DNA from: Candidatus Kapaibacteriales bacterium
GTDB taxonomy: Bacteria; Bacteroidota; Ignavibacteria; Kapaibacteriales; UBA2268
Assembly (NCBI GenBank): GCA_965661945.1
Contig: CBFIFP010000005.1
Span: 101,182-165,181, forward strand
DNA length: 64,000 bases
Direction: 5' to 3'
The position numbers and the translations under genes were made by a program. The notes beneath the pieces are model-generated. The model did no database searches. It worked only from the letters and a program-made list of their open reading frames with translations, and was not told where the DNA came from. Below are positions 1-10,134 of this stretch, piece by piece; within the stretch, counting starts at the first letter, position 1, and the number at the start of each line of letters is the position of its first letter.

Positions 1-156
1 CAAAAAAATATCAATAATGTTGATAACCAAGATAAAAAGAAAGACAACAAACTAAATTTAGTAAAGAAATTTGGTGTTTGGGGTTTCATATTTTTCTTAG
101 CCAAAGGTTTGGTATGGTTAGGAATATTCTTTGGAGTTGGTCAACTCTTTGTTTAA
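1..156 (+). CDS. 3' part of a small membrane hypothetical protein (starts before the window)
   Basis: Frame 1 is open from base 1 to TAA at 154-156: QKNINNVDNQDKKKDNKLNLVKKFGVWGFIFFLAKGLVWLGIFFGVGQLFV. The GFIFFLAKGLVWL motif resembles a small conserved Bacteroidota membrane protein. Confidence 0.65.
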   Translation, partial: QKNINNVDNQDKKKDNKLNLVKKFGVWGFIFFLAKGLVWLGIFFGVGQLFV

Positions 157-1205
157 ATGTTAGATAATAGAGTTTCTAATCTTTTTGAATATTGGTTCCT
201 AAAGATTTTAAATTCTTTAATGTTTTTTTTAAACTCCCCAGAGTCTATATCAACTTTTCTTTCTAAAACAGATGTTTCTATTTTATTAAAAAAATTACTC
301 TTATCTGTTAAAATATTGTTAGAAATATCTATTTTAAAGATTTTGTTTACTATTCCAAGCTCATATAAATTATTTAATATTTGATTTGACGCATTTATTT
401 TTGCATTATATGAATGCCCTGCTATGTGTGGGGTTGCTATGTTTGTTAAGTTTACTAGTTTATCATCTATGTTTGGTTCATTTTCCCACACGTCAATTAT
501 TAAATCTAATAAATTACTATTTTTGCTTTCTACCAAGAAGTTTTCATTTATAATTCCTCCTCTTGAGGTATGTAGTAGAAGGGAGTTATTTTTTAATTTT
601 AATAAATTTTCTCCTAAAATACCAAGTGTTTTGTATCTCCCTTCTTTAATTAACGGCAGATGATTCGTTAAAATATCAGATTGACTAATTAGTTCATTTA
701 AATTATTATGAGTTACATAAGTAGGAAATTTGTATTTCTGGTCGTATAGTGGGGCATCATTTATAATAACATTAAGCCCATAAATATTTGAGTAGTATGC
801 TACTTTTTTTCCAATGTTTCCAAATCCTACTATTCCAATTGTTTTTTCATTTGGATTAAAATTATTAGATTTTATCCAATTGTAAATGTTTATCATAACA
901 TACTCTGCAACTGAATTGGAGTTTGAACCAGATGCTATGTAATATTTAATATGTCTATTATTTAAATAATTTAAATCTACGTGATCGAAGCCAGCAGTCG
1001 CTGTAGCGTAATATTTTAAATCAATTCCATCTAATAGTTCTTGATTGACTTTTAAGGTTGAGCGTGAGAGTAAGATATCGCATTTATGATTTTTAAGAAT
1101 GTTATTATTTAATTTATTGCTCTCAAATGAATATGAGTCATATAAATTAAGAAAATCATCTGGAAGTAATATTAATTTGTCATAAAATAAGACTAACTTT
1201 TTCAT
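153..1205 (-). CDS. pdxB: 4-phosphoerythronate dehydrogenase (D-2-hydroxyacid dehydrogenase family)
   Basis: RSTLKV, TATAGFDHVD, GSNSNSVAEY, GFGNIG Rossmann motif, TSRGGII, DVWENEP, TPHIAGHS. Confidence 0.85.
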   Translation of the reverse strand: MKKLVLFYDKLILLPDDFLNLYDSYSFESNKLNNNILKNHKCDILLSRSTLKVNQELLDGIDLKYYATATAGFDHVDLNYLNNRHIKYYIASGSNSNSVAEYVMINIYNWIKSNNFNPNEKTIGIVGFGNIGKKVAYYSNIYGLNVIINDAPLYDQKYKFPTYVTHNNLNELISQSDILTNHLPLIKEGRYKTLGILGENLLKLKNNSLLLHTSRGGIINENFLVESKNSNLLDLIIDVWENEPNIDDKLVNLTNIATPHIAGHSYNAKINASNQILNNLYELGIVNKIFKIDISNNILTDKSNFFNKIETSVLERKVDIDSGEFKKNIKEFKIFRNQYSKRLETLLSNI

Positions 1206-1679
1206 TTAATTAAGTATTTCTAAGTTTTTCCAATCTTTTCCAATTACTAAGGTTGTTCTTAAATACATAGTAGAATCAACTACACTTTTTACTAAAGAGT
1301 CATTAATTCCTGCAAGTTGAGCTACTTTAAATGCTGAGCGAATATCTCCAATTCTATCTAAAACCATACTTTTTTCAATTTCTTTATTGAAGTTACCAAT
1401 TTCTACTACATCAAATTCTCTAATTCTGTAATATTCTTTAAATTTTGCTGCTACGCCACTTTCTCCACATGCGTTAAGTATATTTAATTGGATTTGTTTG
1501 TTAAATGCTGTATCTTTTTTATCATCTACTAGCGGTGTTATTGGTTGAGATATTAATATTCTATAAACGAAAGAACTTAGTAGAATTAAAGATACTATGC
1601 TAAGAAAAATAAATGTAATTTTGTTATATAATATTTTGTTCATATTTTTTATCCTTTTTAAATAGCAATCAATAATCAT
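1206..1679 (-). CDS. LytR C-terminal domain membrane protein
   Basis: N-terminal TM helix, then ILNACGESGVA...VVEIGN...TLVIGKDW (LytR_C signature); true start is probably the second Met. Confidence 0.8.
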   Translation of the reverse strand: MIIDCYLKRIKNMNKILYNKITFIFLSIVSLILLSSFVYRILISQPITPLVDDKKDTAFNKQIQLNILNACGESGVAAKFKEYYRIREFDVVEIGNFNKEIEKSMVLDRIGDIRSAFKVAQLAGINDSLVKSVVDSTMYLRTTLVIGKDWKNLEILN

Positions 1680-1744
1680 ACCATTAAGATAATAAAATAT
1701 TTTGGGTTTTTAAATATTATAATAAGTTTAAAATTTGAATTATG

Positions 1745-1774
1745 AAAAAAAAGGAGTGATAACTCACTCCTTTT
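1745..1774 (-). terminator. Intrinsic terminator after rplY (bidirectional-type)
   Basis: GGAGTGA/TCACTCC stem flanked by A8 and T4. Confidence 0.75.
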
Positions 1775-1800
1775 AAAATGTTTAGTATATTTATTATAAA

Positions 1801-2367
1801 TTATGCAGTTGCTACTTTTACTCTTGGTCTTGCAATAGAGCAAACAACAGGATTTTCTTTAACTGCAAAATTTAGGTTTGGATTATCTTTTTTAATTTTA
1901 TCCAATCTAATTACTTTACCAATTTCTAAATCAGAAATTGTAACTTCCAAGAATGAAGGTAAATCTTTAGGAAGACAAGTTATTCTTGTTTTATTAAGAA
2001 CTGGACGGAATAAACCACCGTTCATAACACCTTTAGCTTGACCAACAAATTTAAAAGGAACTGGCACTGTAACCTTATTATCATCTAATAAGCCCATTAA
2101 GTCAAAATGAAGAATTTGGTCAGTGATAGGATGAAAAGAAATATCTTTAAGGACACAACTTTTAATCTCTCCTTCTATATCCAATTTAACTACTTTAGTT
2201 TGAGCAGTATAAACAATGGGTCTTAACTCAAGCGGGTCAGCAGTAATTGGAATACCTTCGCTACCCTTAACATAAAATACACCAGGGATTCTGCCACCGT
2301 TTCTTAAACTTTTGGCATTTTTTCTACCTGTATCTCTTTTTTCTACTTTTAAAGCTACTTCAGCCAT
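1801..2367 (-). CDS. rplY: 50S ribosomal protein L25/Ctc
   Basis: LRNGGRIPGVFY, HPITDQILHFDL, VPVPFKFVGQAKGV; downstream of prs. Confidence 0.95.
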   Translation of the reverse strand: MAEVALKVEKRDTGRKNAKSLRNGGRIPGVFYVKGSEGIPITADPLELRPIVYTAQTKVVKLDIEGEIKSCVLKDISFHPITDQILHFDLMGLLDDNKVTVPVPFKFVGQAKGVMNGGLFRPVLNKTRITCLPKDLPSFLEVTISDLEIGKVIRLDKIKKDNPNLNFAVKENPVVCSIARPRVKVATA

Positions 2368-2384
2368 AAAAACCTCAATTAGTA

Positions 2385-3323
2385 TTATCTTTCAATTTCA
2401 AATAATGAACTTATCGATCTATTATCGTGAGTTCTAATAATTGCTTCCGCTAAAATATCAGCAACGGAAACTTGTTCTATTTTTGCAGAAGGTCTAGCAA
2501 GAGGAATAGTGTCTGTTACGAACATTTTATCAATTGCTTCAGATCCTTCAATTTTGTCGATAGCTGAACCAGAGAAAACTGGATGTACACAAATTCCTGT
2601 TATTGATTTTGCACCTCTTTCTTTAAGAGAAGCAGCACAATTAACGAAAGTACCACCTGTATCTATCATATCATCAACTATTACAATGTCTTTATCTTTC
2701 ACTTCACCAATTATATTGGTTATTTCAACTTTATTATGCTCAGGTCTTCTTTTGTCTACTAATACTAGACCTGCATCTAACCTTTTTGCATAAGCTCTTG
2801 CTGTTCTAACTCCTCCAACATCTGGAGCAGCAAAAGTGAAAGGAACTTGTTTATAATTTTTTAGTGCTTTAATAAGAACTGGCGAAGCATACAAGTGGTC
2901 TAATGGTATATCAAAAAATCCTTGTATTTGAGCGGAGTGTAAATCAATCGAAATGATTCTATCCGCACCAGCACGAGTTAATAAATTAGCTTTTAATTTA
3001 GCTGTAATAGCAACTCTTGGCTGGTCTTTTCTATCCTGACGTGCATAACCAAAATAAGGAATAACAGCTGTTATTCTTCTAGCAGAGGCTCTTTTAGCAG
3101 CATCTATTAATATTAAAAGTTCCATTAGATTATCAGAGGGCGCAAAAGTAGATTGTATTATAAATACATCAACTCCTCTAACGTTATCTTCATATTTTGC
3201 CCATATTTCACCATCACTAAAATTTCTTATTGAGGTGTGAGCAAGTTCGACACCGAGAGAGGTTGCTACTTTTTTAGCAAGTCCTTGATTTGACCTACCG
3301 GAAACTATTGTAAATTCAGGCAT
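2385..3323 (-). CDS. prs: Ribose-phosphate pyrophosphokinase
   Basis: FSDGE, PYFGYARQDRK, DLHSAQIQGFF, VDDMIDTGGT. Confidence 0.98.
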   Translation of the reverse strand: MPEFTIVSGRSNQGLAKKVATSLGVELAHTSIRNFSDGEIWAKYEDNVRGVDVFIIQSTFAPSDNLMELLILIDAAKRASARRITAVIPYFGYARQDRKDQPRVAITAKLKANLLTRAGADRIISIDLHSAQIQGFFDIPLDHLYASPVLIKALKNYKQVPFTFAAPDVGGVRTARAYAKRLDAGLVLVDKRRPEHNKVEITNIIGEVKDKDIVIVDDMIDTGGTFVNCAASLKERGAKSITGICVHPVFSGSAIDKIEGSEAIDKMFVTDTIPLARPSAKIEQVSVADILAEAIIRTHDNRSISSLFEIER

Positions 3324-3355
3324 AAAAAACTTTAATCGCCATAAAATAAAAAAAG

Positions 3356-3428
3356 TTGGGATGGCAGGGATCGAACCTGCGAAATGTCGGATCCAAAAAC
3401 CGATGCCTTACCACTTGGCTACATCCCA
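3356..3428 (-). tRNA. tRNA-Gln(TTG)
   Basis: Reverse complement TGGGATGTAGCCAAGTGGTAAGGCATCGGTTTTTGGATCCGACATTTCGCAGGTTCGATCCCTGCCATCCCAA: 7-bp acceptor stem, D and T loops, TTG anticodon; CCA not encoded; classic tRNA-Gln-prs-rplY order. Confidence 0.95.
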
Positions 3429-3514
3429 ATCTAAATATCTTTAGTATATTATTTGTTAAATAATATTTGAACTAAGAAACTATATATTTTTTCAGAATTC
3501 AATTTAAAGAGTTA

Positions 3515-3545
3515 CAAAATTAAGAAGAAAAAATTAAAAAACAAA
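3515..3545 (-). promoter_or_regulatory. Bacteroidota-type sigma70 promoter of tRNA-Gln/prs/rplY
   Basis: Minus strand TTTG-N19-TAATTTTG. Confidence 0.7.
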
Positions 3546-3751
3546 TTATTTTTAAACAATTTTAAAATATTTTAAATTAAGAAAAATATGAAATATTATT
3601 TTTATCTTTTTTTAATAACTAGTTACTTTTAAGTTATGATATTTAATATGCTTTTTTTGGTTTTTTATTTTATTTTTGTTTAAAAAGATATTAATTGAAA
3701 ATTATATTATTTTTAATAATTTGCATTTATATTTTTACAAATCTGAGAAAA

Positions 3752-4528
3752 ATGGAAAAAATTGTTTGTATAACTCGCTCTATGAATTTAGATTTATATG
3801 AGATGATGTTAGATTTATGTGACCCTAACTGGGAGTTTATTAGAATTGTAAATTCAACTTCTTATGATTTTATTGATTTTATTTTATCAAATAAGATAGG
3901 TGCTAAGTGGGTTTTAAATTTAGACGAGGATTGTTATTTAACTGATTATAAAAAGATTTATAGTTTAATTAAGTATTTGGAAGTAAATGATTATGATTAT
4001 TGCGGTGTTCAGGATGGTGGTTCCATACCTGTAAGAATTCACAATCCTTTAGTTTGTAATCCTTTTTTCAATTTGTTTAATTTAGAAAACATTAGTAATA
4101 ACGAAAGGGTTTACAAGCCAAAAAGTGATTACGATTTATTTGAAATTAAAGAAAAATATTCAAAATATATAAGGTTCAATCATTCTAAATTTCAATATGA
4201 TTTTTATGAACCATTTTATACTCAGTTTTTTTGGCTTTTGGAATCTGGTTTTAGGCCATATTTTAATAATGCATCAGCTTTTGATAAGGAAAAATACTTA
4301 GTTATAGCTCCAATCGGAAGAATAATACCCTATTATAACTCTCCTACTTTGATTTTAGATGAGAATAATGATGAATTAGCTATTCATACTTGGCATAGTA
4401 GATATTATAATTTTCCTAACATAAAAAAAGCAATTAATAATTGTTATAAATATGCTAAATCTAAGAATGAGAGTTTAGTATCATCTAAGAAAATATATGA
4501 GACTATTGATTTGGGTAAGAAATTATAA
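3752..4528 (+). CDS. Hypothetical protein, probable GT-A fold glycosyltransferase-like
   Basis: Long ORF (track start TTG 3695; ATG 3752 more likely); WVLNLDEDCY DxD-like motif after a beta-strand, C-terminal HTWHSR. Confidence 0.5.
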   Translation: MEKIVCITRSMNLDLYEMMLDLCDPNWEFIRIVNSTSYDFIDFILSNKIGAKWVLNLDEDCYLTDYKKIYSLIKYLEVNDYDYCGVQDGGSIPVRIHNPLVCNPFFNLFNLENISNNERVYKPKSDYDLFEIKEKYSKYIRFNHSKFQYDFYEPFYTQFFWLLESGFRPYFNNASAFDKEKYLVIAPIGRIIPYYNSPTLILDENNDELAIHTWHSRYYNFPNIKKAINNCYKYAKSKNESLVSSKKIYETIDLGKKL

Positions 4529-4556
4529 TTAGTATATTTTGAAATAGATAAAAAAC

Positions 4557-4588
4557 AAAAATCTCGACAAAATGTCGAGATTTTTTTT
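4557..4588. terminator. Bidirectional terminator between convergent genes
   Basis: ATCTCGACA/TGTCGAGAT stem with A and T tracts. Confidence 0.8.
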
Positions 4589-4612
4589 GCAAGTGGGAAA
4601 GTTAAAAAAAAA

Positions 4613-4873
4613 TTAATTTTCTGTTGGGTAAACTGAAACTTGGAGTTTGTTTTTTTGGTAGCTTTCGAATTGAACCTTACCATCAACTAATGAAAATAGA
4701 GTAAAATCTCTACCAAGACCAACGTTTTTACCAGGATGAAATCTTGTTCCAAGTTGTCTTACTAAGATATTACCTGCAATTACGGATTCACCGCCAAACT
4801 TTTTAACGCCTCTTCGTTGGGCTTTGGAATCACGTCCGTTTTTAATGGACCCCTGTCCTTTTTTGTGAGCCAT
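4613..4873 (-). CDS. rpmA: 50S ribosomal protein L27
   Basis: [16 protein letters not shown]...[15 protein letters not shown]. Confidence 0.98.
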   Translation of the reverse strand: MAHKKGQGSIKNGRDSKAQRRGVKKFGGESVIAGNILVRQLGTRFHPGKNVGLGRDFTLFSLVDGKVQFESYQKNKLQVSVYPTEN

Positions 4874-4882
4874 TATTACACC

Positions 4883-5194
4883 TTAATTTATATTTATACT
4901 TTTAATTTCTATTTTAGTGAATGGTTGTCTGTGTCCATTCATTTTTTGGTATCCTTTTCTACGTTTTTTGTGAAAAACTAAGATTTTAGGGTCTCTTAAT
5001 TGCTCTACAACAGTAGCGGTAACGTTTCCATTTATTTCTGGATTACCAAGATTAAGGTTATCACCATCTTTGGTAAGTAGGATACGACCTAATTTAACTT
5101 CATCACCGCTTTTTGCGTCGATAAAGGGAGCTTTAACGACATCACCTTCGGCAACATCAAATTGAATTCCTGAAATTTCTACAACTGCTCTCAT
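4883..5194 (-). CDS. rplU: 50S ribosomal protein L21
   Basis: KKRRKGYQKMNGHRQPFT; adjacent to rpmA. Confidence 0.97.
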   Translation of the reverse strand: MRAVVEISGIQFDVAEGDVVKAPFIDAKSGDEVKLGRILLTKDGDNLNLGNPEINGNVTATVVEQLRDPKILVFHKKRRKGYQKMNGHRQPFTKIEIKSININ

Positions 5195-5231
5195 GTTAAT
5201 AACTTTTTTTATATTTTAAATTATAGAACTA

Positions 5232-5263
5232 CAAAAATAAGAGATTTATTTTTAAAAAACAAA
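5232..5263 (-). promoter_or_regulatory. Bacteroidota-type promoter of rplU-rpmA
   Basis: Minus strand TTTG-N20-TATTTTTG followed by TAGTTCTA. Confidence 0.7.
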
Positions 5264-5522
5264 ATAATTTTTAAAAAAATAATTTATTTTAATTAATCAT
5301 GGTATAAAAATAAGTAAATCTAGTTATTGTAACATCTAATAAAATAGAGAATTATCTGATTATTTATAAAGTTTTATTATTTTAAAAAAATATTTGACTT
5401 AATATTTTTGTTTAAATTTTAATAATCTTTAAACTACTATTGATGATGAATTAAATATTTTTCTTGCATATTGTGTTTTTTTTTCTGAATTTTGTGTTTG
5501 TAATTGTTTTAAAGTAAAAAAA

Positions 5523-6038
5523 ATGTTTGAAATAAAACAAATTAATTCGAAAATAATCACTTTGCTTGTATTATCTATCGCTTTATTTCTTAGCTCATGT
5601 TATTCTTTTACTGGCGGAGCAATACCACCTCATTTGAAATCTTTATTTATTGTTTCAATTGAGGATAATTCTGGTTTTGGTTATCCGAAGTTTAGAAATG
5701 AGATGAATGATAAGTTACTTGAAGTCTTCAGAAATGACAATTCATTTACCTTAGCTAATTATGGTGGAGACGCAAAATTAGAGGTTTTTATAAGTTCTAT
5801 TTCTGAGCAAGCTGTTTCTGTTCAACAAGGTGAGTTAGAAAGTGAGAGGAGATTAACTATTAGCGTAAAAGCAAAATATTATGACAACGTCATGGATAAA
5901 GAAATCTGGAATAAGACTTTTTCAAAGTATCAGAATTTTGATATAAGTAATCCCCAAGTTAACAGAGATAATGCAGGAAGTTTAGTTATCGAGCAACTTT
6001 CTAATGATATTTTGATAGCGGTTGTTAGTGGTTGGTAA
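5523..6038 (+). CDS. lptE: LPS assembly lipoprotein LptE family
   Basis: Lipobox LSSC, then YSFTGGAIPPHLKS; RLTISVKAKYYD; C-terminal VVSGW. Confidence 0.8.
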   Translation: MFEIKQINSKIITLLVLSIALFLSSCYSFTGGAIPPHLKSLFIVSIEDNSGFGYPKFRNEMNDKLLEVFRNDNSFTLANYGGDAKLEVFISSISEQAVSVQQGELESERRLTISVKAKYYDNVMDKEIWNKTFSKYQNFDISNPQVNRDNAGSLVIEQLSNDILIAVVSGW

Positions 6039-6083
6039 TTTTTTTCTTAATTTTGCAGTTTATTTATCGAACAAAAGTAAAGT

Positions 6084-7538
6084 TTGATGGAAAATTTTAT
6101 TCTTTTATTATATTTTTTATCTCTAAGCATATTGTTTGGCTTTGGGATACACGGTCTTGTTTTACTATATTATTACCGTAAAACTTCAAAAGACGTTCAG
6201 GTTGAGATTTCTTTACCTGAGGTATTACCTATGGTAACTGTCCAGTTGCCTGTTTTCAATGAAATGTATGTTGTTGAAAGGTTAATTCGTTCTGTTTGCA
6301 ATATTGAATATCCAATTGATAAATTGGAAATTCAAGTGTTAGATGATTCTACTGATGAAACTCAGGATATTTGCAAAAATATAATTTCTGAGCTCAAAGA
6401 GAAAGGGTACAATATTAAATATATACACAGAGTAAACAGACAAGGTTACAAAGCTGGAGCTTTGAAAGAAGGTTTAGAGGTTGCAGAAGGAGAATTTGTT
6501 GCAATATTTGATGCAGACTTTGTACCAAAATCAGAGTTTTTATTAAAAACTGTTCCTTATTTCCAAGATGATAATATAGGTATGGTTCAAACAAGATGGG
6601 AACATTTGAATGAAGACGAATCTTATTTGACTAAAGCTCAAGCTCTTGCCTTAGATGGACACTTTGTTATTGAGCAGCAAGTTAGAAACAAAGCTGGTTT
6701 TTTTATTAATTTTAATGGAACTGCTGGTATTTGGAGAAAGATATGCATCGAGGATGCAGGAAACTGGCAAGCGGATACATTGACTGAAGATTTGGATTTA
6801 TCGTATAGGGCACAGCTTAAAGGTTGGAAGTTTAAATTTTTAAATGATGTTACTTCTCCTGCGGAATTACCTGCTGATATTAATGCTTTGAAAACACAAC
6901 AGTTTAGATGGACTAAAGGTGCTGTTGAAACAGCGGTAAAACTTCTACCAAGAGTAATGAAATCAGATTTATCTTGGAAGGTAAAATTTGAATGTTTTAT
7001 TCATTTGACAAGTAATATTGTTTTTCCTTTTATAATTTTAGTTGCACTTCTTAATGTTCCTCTTGTAATTATTAAAAATACAGTTGTTGGGGTCGATGTA
7101 TATTATTCTTTAATGTCTATATTTGTTTTAGCTTCAGTTTCAACATTTTTATTTTATACTTTCGGACAAAAAGCAATTCACTGGGATTGGCAACGACGTT
7201 TGATGCTATTTCCTGTATTTTTAGCTGGTTCTATGGGCTTTGCAGTTACTAATACAAAGGCGGTATTTGAGGGTTTGATTGGCAAGAAATCTGAGTTTGC
7301 AAGAACTCCAAAGCAAGGTGATTCAATTAAAAATCAAATAAAAGATGTTAAATATAGACAAAAGAAAATCTCACCAGTTGTGTTTTTTGAACTTGGTTTA
7401 GCTCTTTATTTTGTTTTAGGTATTTCTATTTCTATTTTCTATTTAGAGATTGCTGCTATTCCTTTTCAACTAATGTTTTTAATTGGTTTTGGCACTATTG
7501 GTATTATGTCATTAAAGCACGCCTTAGTGGGGAAATAA
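6084..7538 (+). CDS. Processive GT2 glycosyltransferase (cellulose-synthase-like/CslA-like)
   Basis: VQLPVFNE, QVLDDSTD, GYKAGAL, FDADF, TLTEDLDL, QQFRW and several TM helices. Confidence 0.9.
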   Translation: MMENFILLLYFLSLSILFGFGIHGLVLLYYYRKTSKDVQVEISLPEVLPMVTVQLPVFNEMYVVERLIRSVCNIEYPIDKLEIQVLDDSTDETQDICKNIISELKEKGYNIKYIHRVNRQGYKAGALKEGLEVAEGEFVAIFDADFVPKSEFLLKTVPYFQDDNIGMVQTRWEHLNEDESYLTKAQALALDGHFVIEQQVRNKAGFFINFNGTAGIWRKICIEDAGNWQADTLTEDLDLSYRAQLKGWKFKFLNDVTSPAELPADINALKTQQFRWTKGAVETAVKLLPRVMKSDLSWKVKFECFIHLTSNIVFPFIILVALLNVPLVIIKNTVVGVDVYYSLMSIFVLASVSTFLFYTFGQKAIHWDWQRRLMLFPVFLAGSMGFAVTNTKAVFEGLIGKKSEFARTPKQGDSIKNQIKDVKYRQKKISPVVFFELGLALYFVLGISISIFYLEIAAIPFQLMFLIGFGTIGIMSLKHALVGK

Positions 7539-7616
7539 ATTTTAATTAACACTATACTAATTGTATTTAATAATTATTATAAAGATTTATTACAATATTT
7601 TACTTATTTTGGCATT

Positions 7617-8971
7617 ATGAAATTACTAATTATTACATTTTTACTGTTATCACCCTATCTACATTCTCAAAAAATCATGAATGTAATAGATATTAGTGAT
7701 TTATCATCTACATTAAAAGATGAGCTGATTAAATTTGACTCGACCAGACAAAATAATTTATCAGATATTGAATTATTTGAAAAAATTGAAAATGAAAAGT
7801 ATTTACAAACAAAATTAGATTCAGCAAAATACTACTTTATTAAAGGAAACTTATTCAGAAGATTTTCTTATATAAAATCATCTTTATCTATGTATGATAA
7901 AGCAATCGAAATAATTTCAAAAATAGACACATTAACTCTTTCAATAATTTACAATTACAAAGCATCAATTTACAATCAAATATCAGATTACGAAAATGCT
8001 CTTTTAAACTACTACAAATCTATAGATATGAAGTTCAATCAGAATTAAATCAGAACTTATTACAATTCCAAATAACTGATTTAATGATCAATAGTAAAAT
8101 TGATGAACAAAAAGCAGAAATTATGAAACTGGAATATAAAAACGCGTTAAGTGAGACAAAAATCAATCAAAGAAATAAATTTATTATTTTACTTTTCTTT
8201 TTCATTATTACATTATTGTTGATGATAGTTTATATTTATTTTCAAAACAGAAAAATAGCTAAATTAAATAAAAATTTAAATGAATCAAATAACACAATTT
8301 TGAAATTTTTCTCTATTATTTCCCATGATTTAAGAAGTCCTGTTGGTGCTTTTAAAATGATTATACAAGAATTAAACCAAAATTATGATTATTTCAGTGA
8401 ACAAGACAAAAAACAGTTAATATTTGAGTCTGGTAAAGAGGTTAATAATATCTATAATTTATTAGAAAATTTATTAACCTGGGCTAAAACAAACAGAGGT
8501 GAGTTTAATCTTAAATTTGAAGAAGTTAACATATCTAATGAATTAGATGAAATTATCAAGCAGAATAATTTACAATTAAAGACAAAAGAATTAAAAATTG
8601 AAAAAAATTATGAAGCAGATTTGATTATTGAAACTGATAGAGACATGTTTAACACTATAATTAGAAACTTGCTTTCAAATGCAATCAAATTTAGTCTTGT
8701 AGGTAAGAGTATTGAAATAAAAATCAATAAATTTAGTGATAGAATTGAGTTAGATATAATTGACCAAGGAATTGGTATGCCTTCTGTAATAAAAGATAAT
8801 TTATTCAAAATAGATAAAAAAATATCTCGTTCAGGAACAATGAAAGAAAGTGGTACTGGATTGGGTTTAATAATTGTAAGTGAGTTTTTAAGCTCTTTAA
8901 AAGGCACTATTAAAGTTAATTCAGAAGAGAATCAAGGAACTGAATTTAAAGTGATATTACCTTTAAGTTAG
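7617..8971 (+). pseudogene. TPR-sensor histidine kinase split into two frames (7617-8048 and 8084-8971)
   Basis: ORF1 has a signal peptide and TPR-like helices; ORF2 has TM, SHDLRSP (HisKA) and RNLLSNAIKF/DQGIG/GTGLGL (HATPase). The ORF2 frame stays open upstream of its ATG and overlaps the end of ORF1. Confidence 0.7.
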
Positions 8972-9115
8972 TTTAACCTTTAATTAAAAATGTTTAAAAA
9001 TGTTTATTTTAACTTATGACTTTATAAAAGCAGATTCACTTATTAAAAACAAGGTGATAAAAAGGAATGTGTTAAATTTGTAAAATATATATCACAAATT
9101 AAGCAAATAAATATC

Positions 9116-10066
9116 ATGTTAAATAAAGAAATTGTTATAAATGGAAAAGAGGTATTACTTGGGCAGTATAAGAGTTTTAATATAAGTATAGCAAGATTAC
9201 CTTCCAGAACAGAAATTGACATACCTGTTATGGTTCATAGAGCTAAAAAGGAAGGTCCAGTGGTATTACTTTCTGCTGGAATGCATGGAAATGAAGTTAA
9301 TGGTATAGAAATAGTAAGAAGAATTATAACTGAAAAGATATACAATCATATCAACCGTGGCACTCTAATTTTAATTCCTATAATCAACATTTATGGTTTT
9401 CTACACTTTAGAAGGACAACCCCTGACGGTAAAGATTTAAATCGTTCATTCCCTGGCTCTCAAAATGGTTCTCTTGCTTCAATGATTGCTTGGTCTGTAA
9501 CTAACAAAATACTACCATTAATAGATTATGGAATTGATTTTCATACAGGTGGTGATATGCGTACGAATTATCCTCAAATAAGAGCTGATATGAGTTTTGG
9601 AGATAATGAAGGACTAGCTAGTGCTTTTGGGGCTCCATTTGTAATGGATATGCCTGTTATGGAAAGTACATTTAGAAAAACAGCTCAGAAACAAGGTAAA
9701 AGTATTTTGGTTTATGAAGGCGGCGAGTCGATGAGATTTGATGACCTTGTAATAGAACAAGCTATAATGGGAGTAAAAAGATATTTGAATTATTTGGAGA
9801 TGAGTAATTTTGAATGTTCAGCTCCCCATTATCATTATATTAGAAAAAGTTCTTGGGTGAGGGCAAAAAGTTCTGGTATGTTTCGTTCTTTAGTTCAGTA
9901 TGGAGAAAAGGTTAAGAAAAATCAAGTAATTGGTATTATTACAGACCCTTATGGCGAACACGAGCAAAAACAAAAAAGCCCCTATACTGGTTTTATTGTA
10001 GGATTGAATAATATTTCAATTGTTAATAAAGGTGATGCTCTATTTCATATTGGAGAGGAAATTTAA
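9116..10066 (+). CDS. Succinylglutamate desuccinylase/aspartoacylase family (M14) protein
   Basis: AGMHGNEVNG, DLNRSFPG, IDFHTGG, YEGGE and a C-terminal biotinyl-like domain. Confidence 0.9.
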   Translation: MLNKEIVINGKEVLLGQYKSFNISIARLPSRTEIDIPVMVHRAKKEGPVVLLSAGMHGNEVNGIEIVRRIITEKIYNHINRGTLILIPIINIYGFLHFRRTTPDGKDLNRSFPGSQNGSLASMIAWSVTNKILPLIDYGIDFHTGGDMRTNYPQIRADMSFGDNEGLASAFGAPFVMDMPVMESTFRKTAQKQGKSILVYEGGESMRFDDLVIEQAIMGVKRYLNYLEMSNFECSAPHYHYIRKSSWVRAKSSGMFRSLVQYGEKVKKNQVIGIITDPYGEHEQKQKSPYTGFIVGLNNISIVNKGDALFHIGEEI

Positions 10067-10134
10067 AATAATTTAAAATAATTTGTAACCTTTTTCGCTT
10101 ATTTCTATTATTAGTATATTAAAATTAAAAAAAA

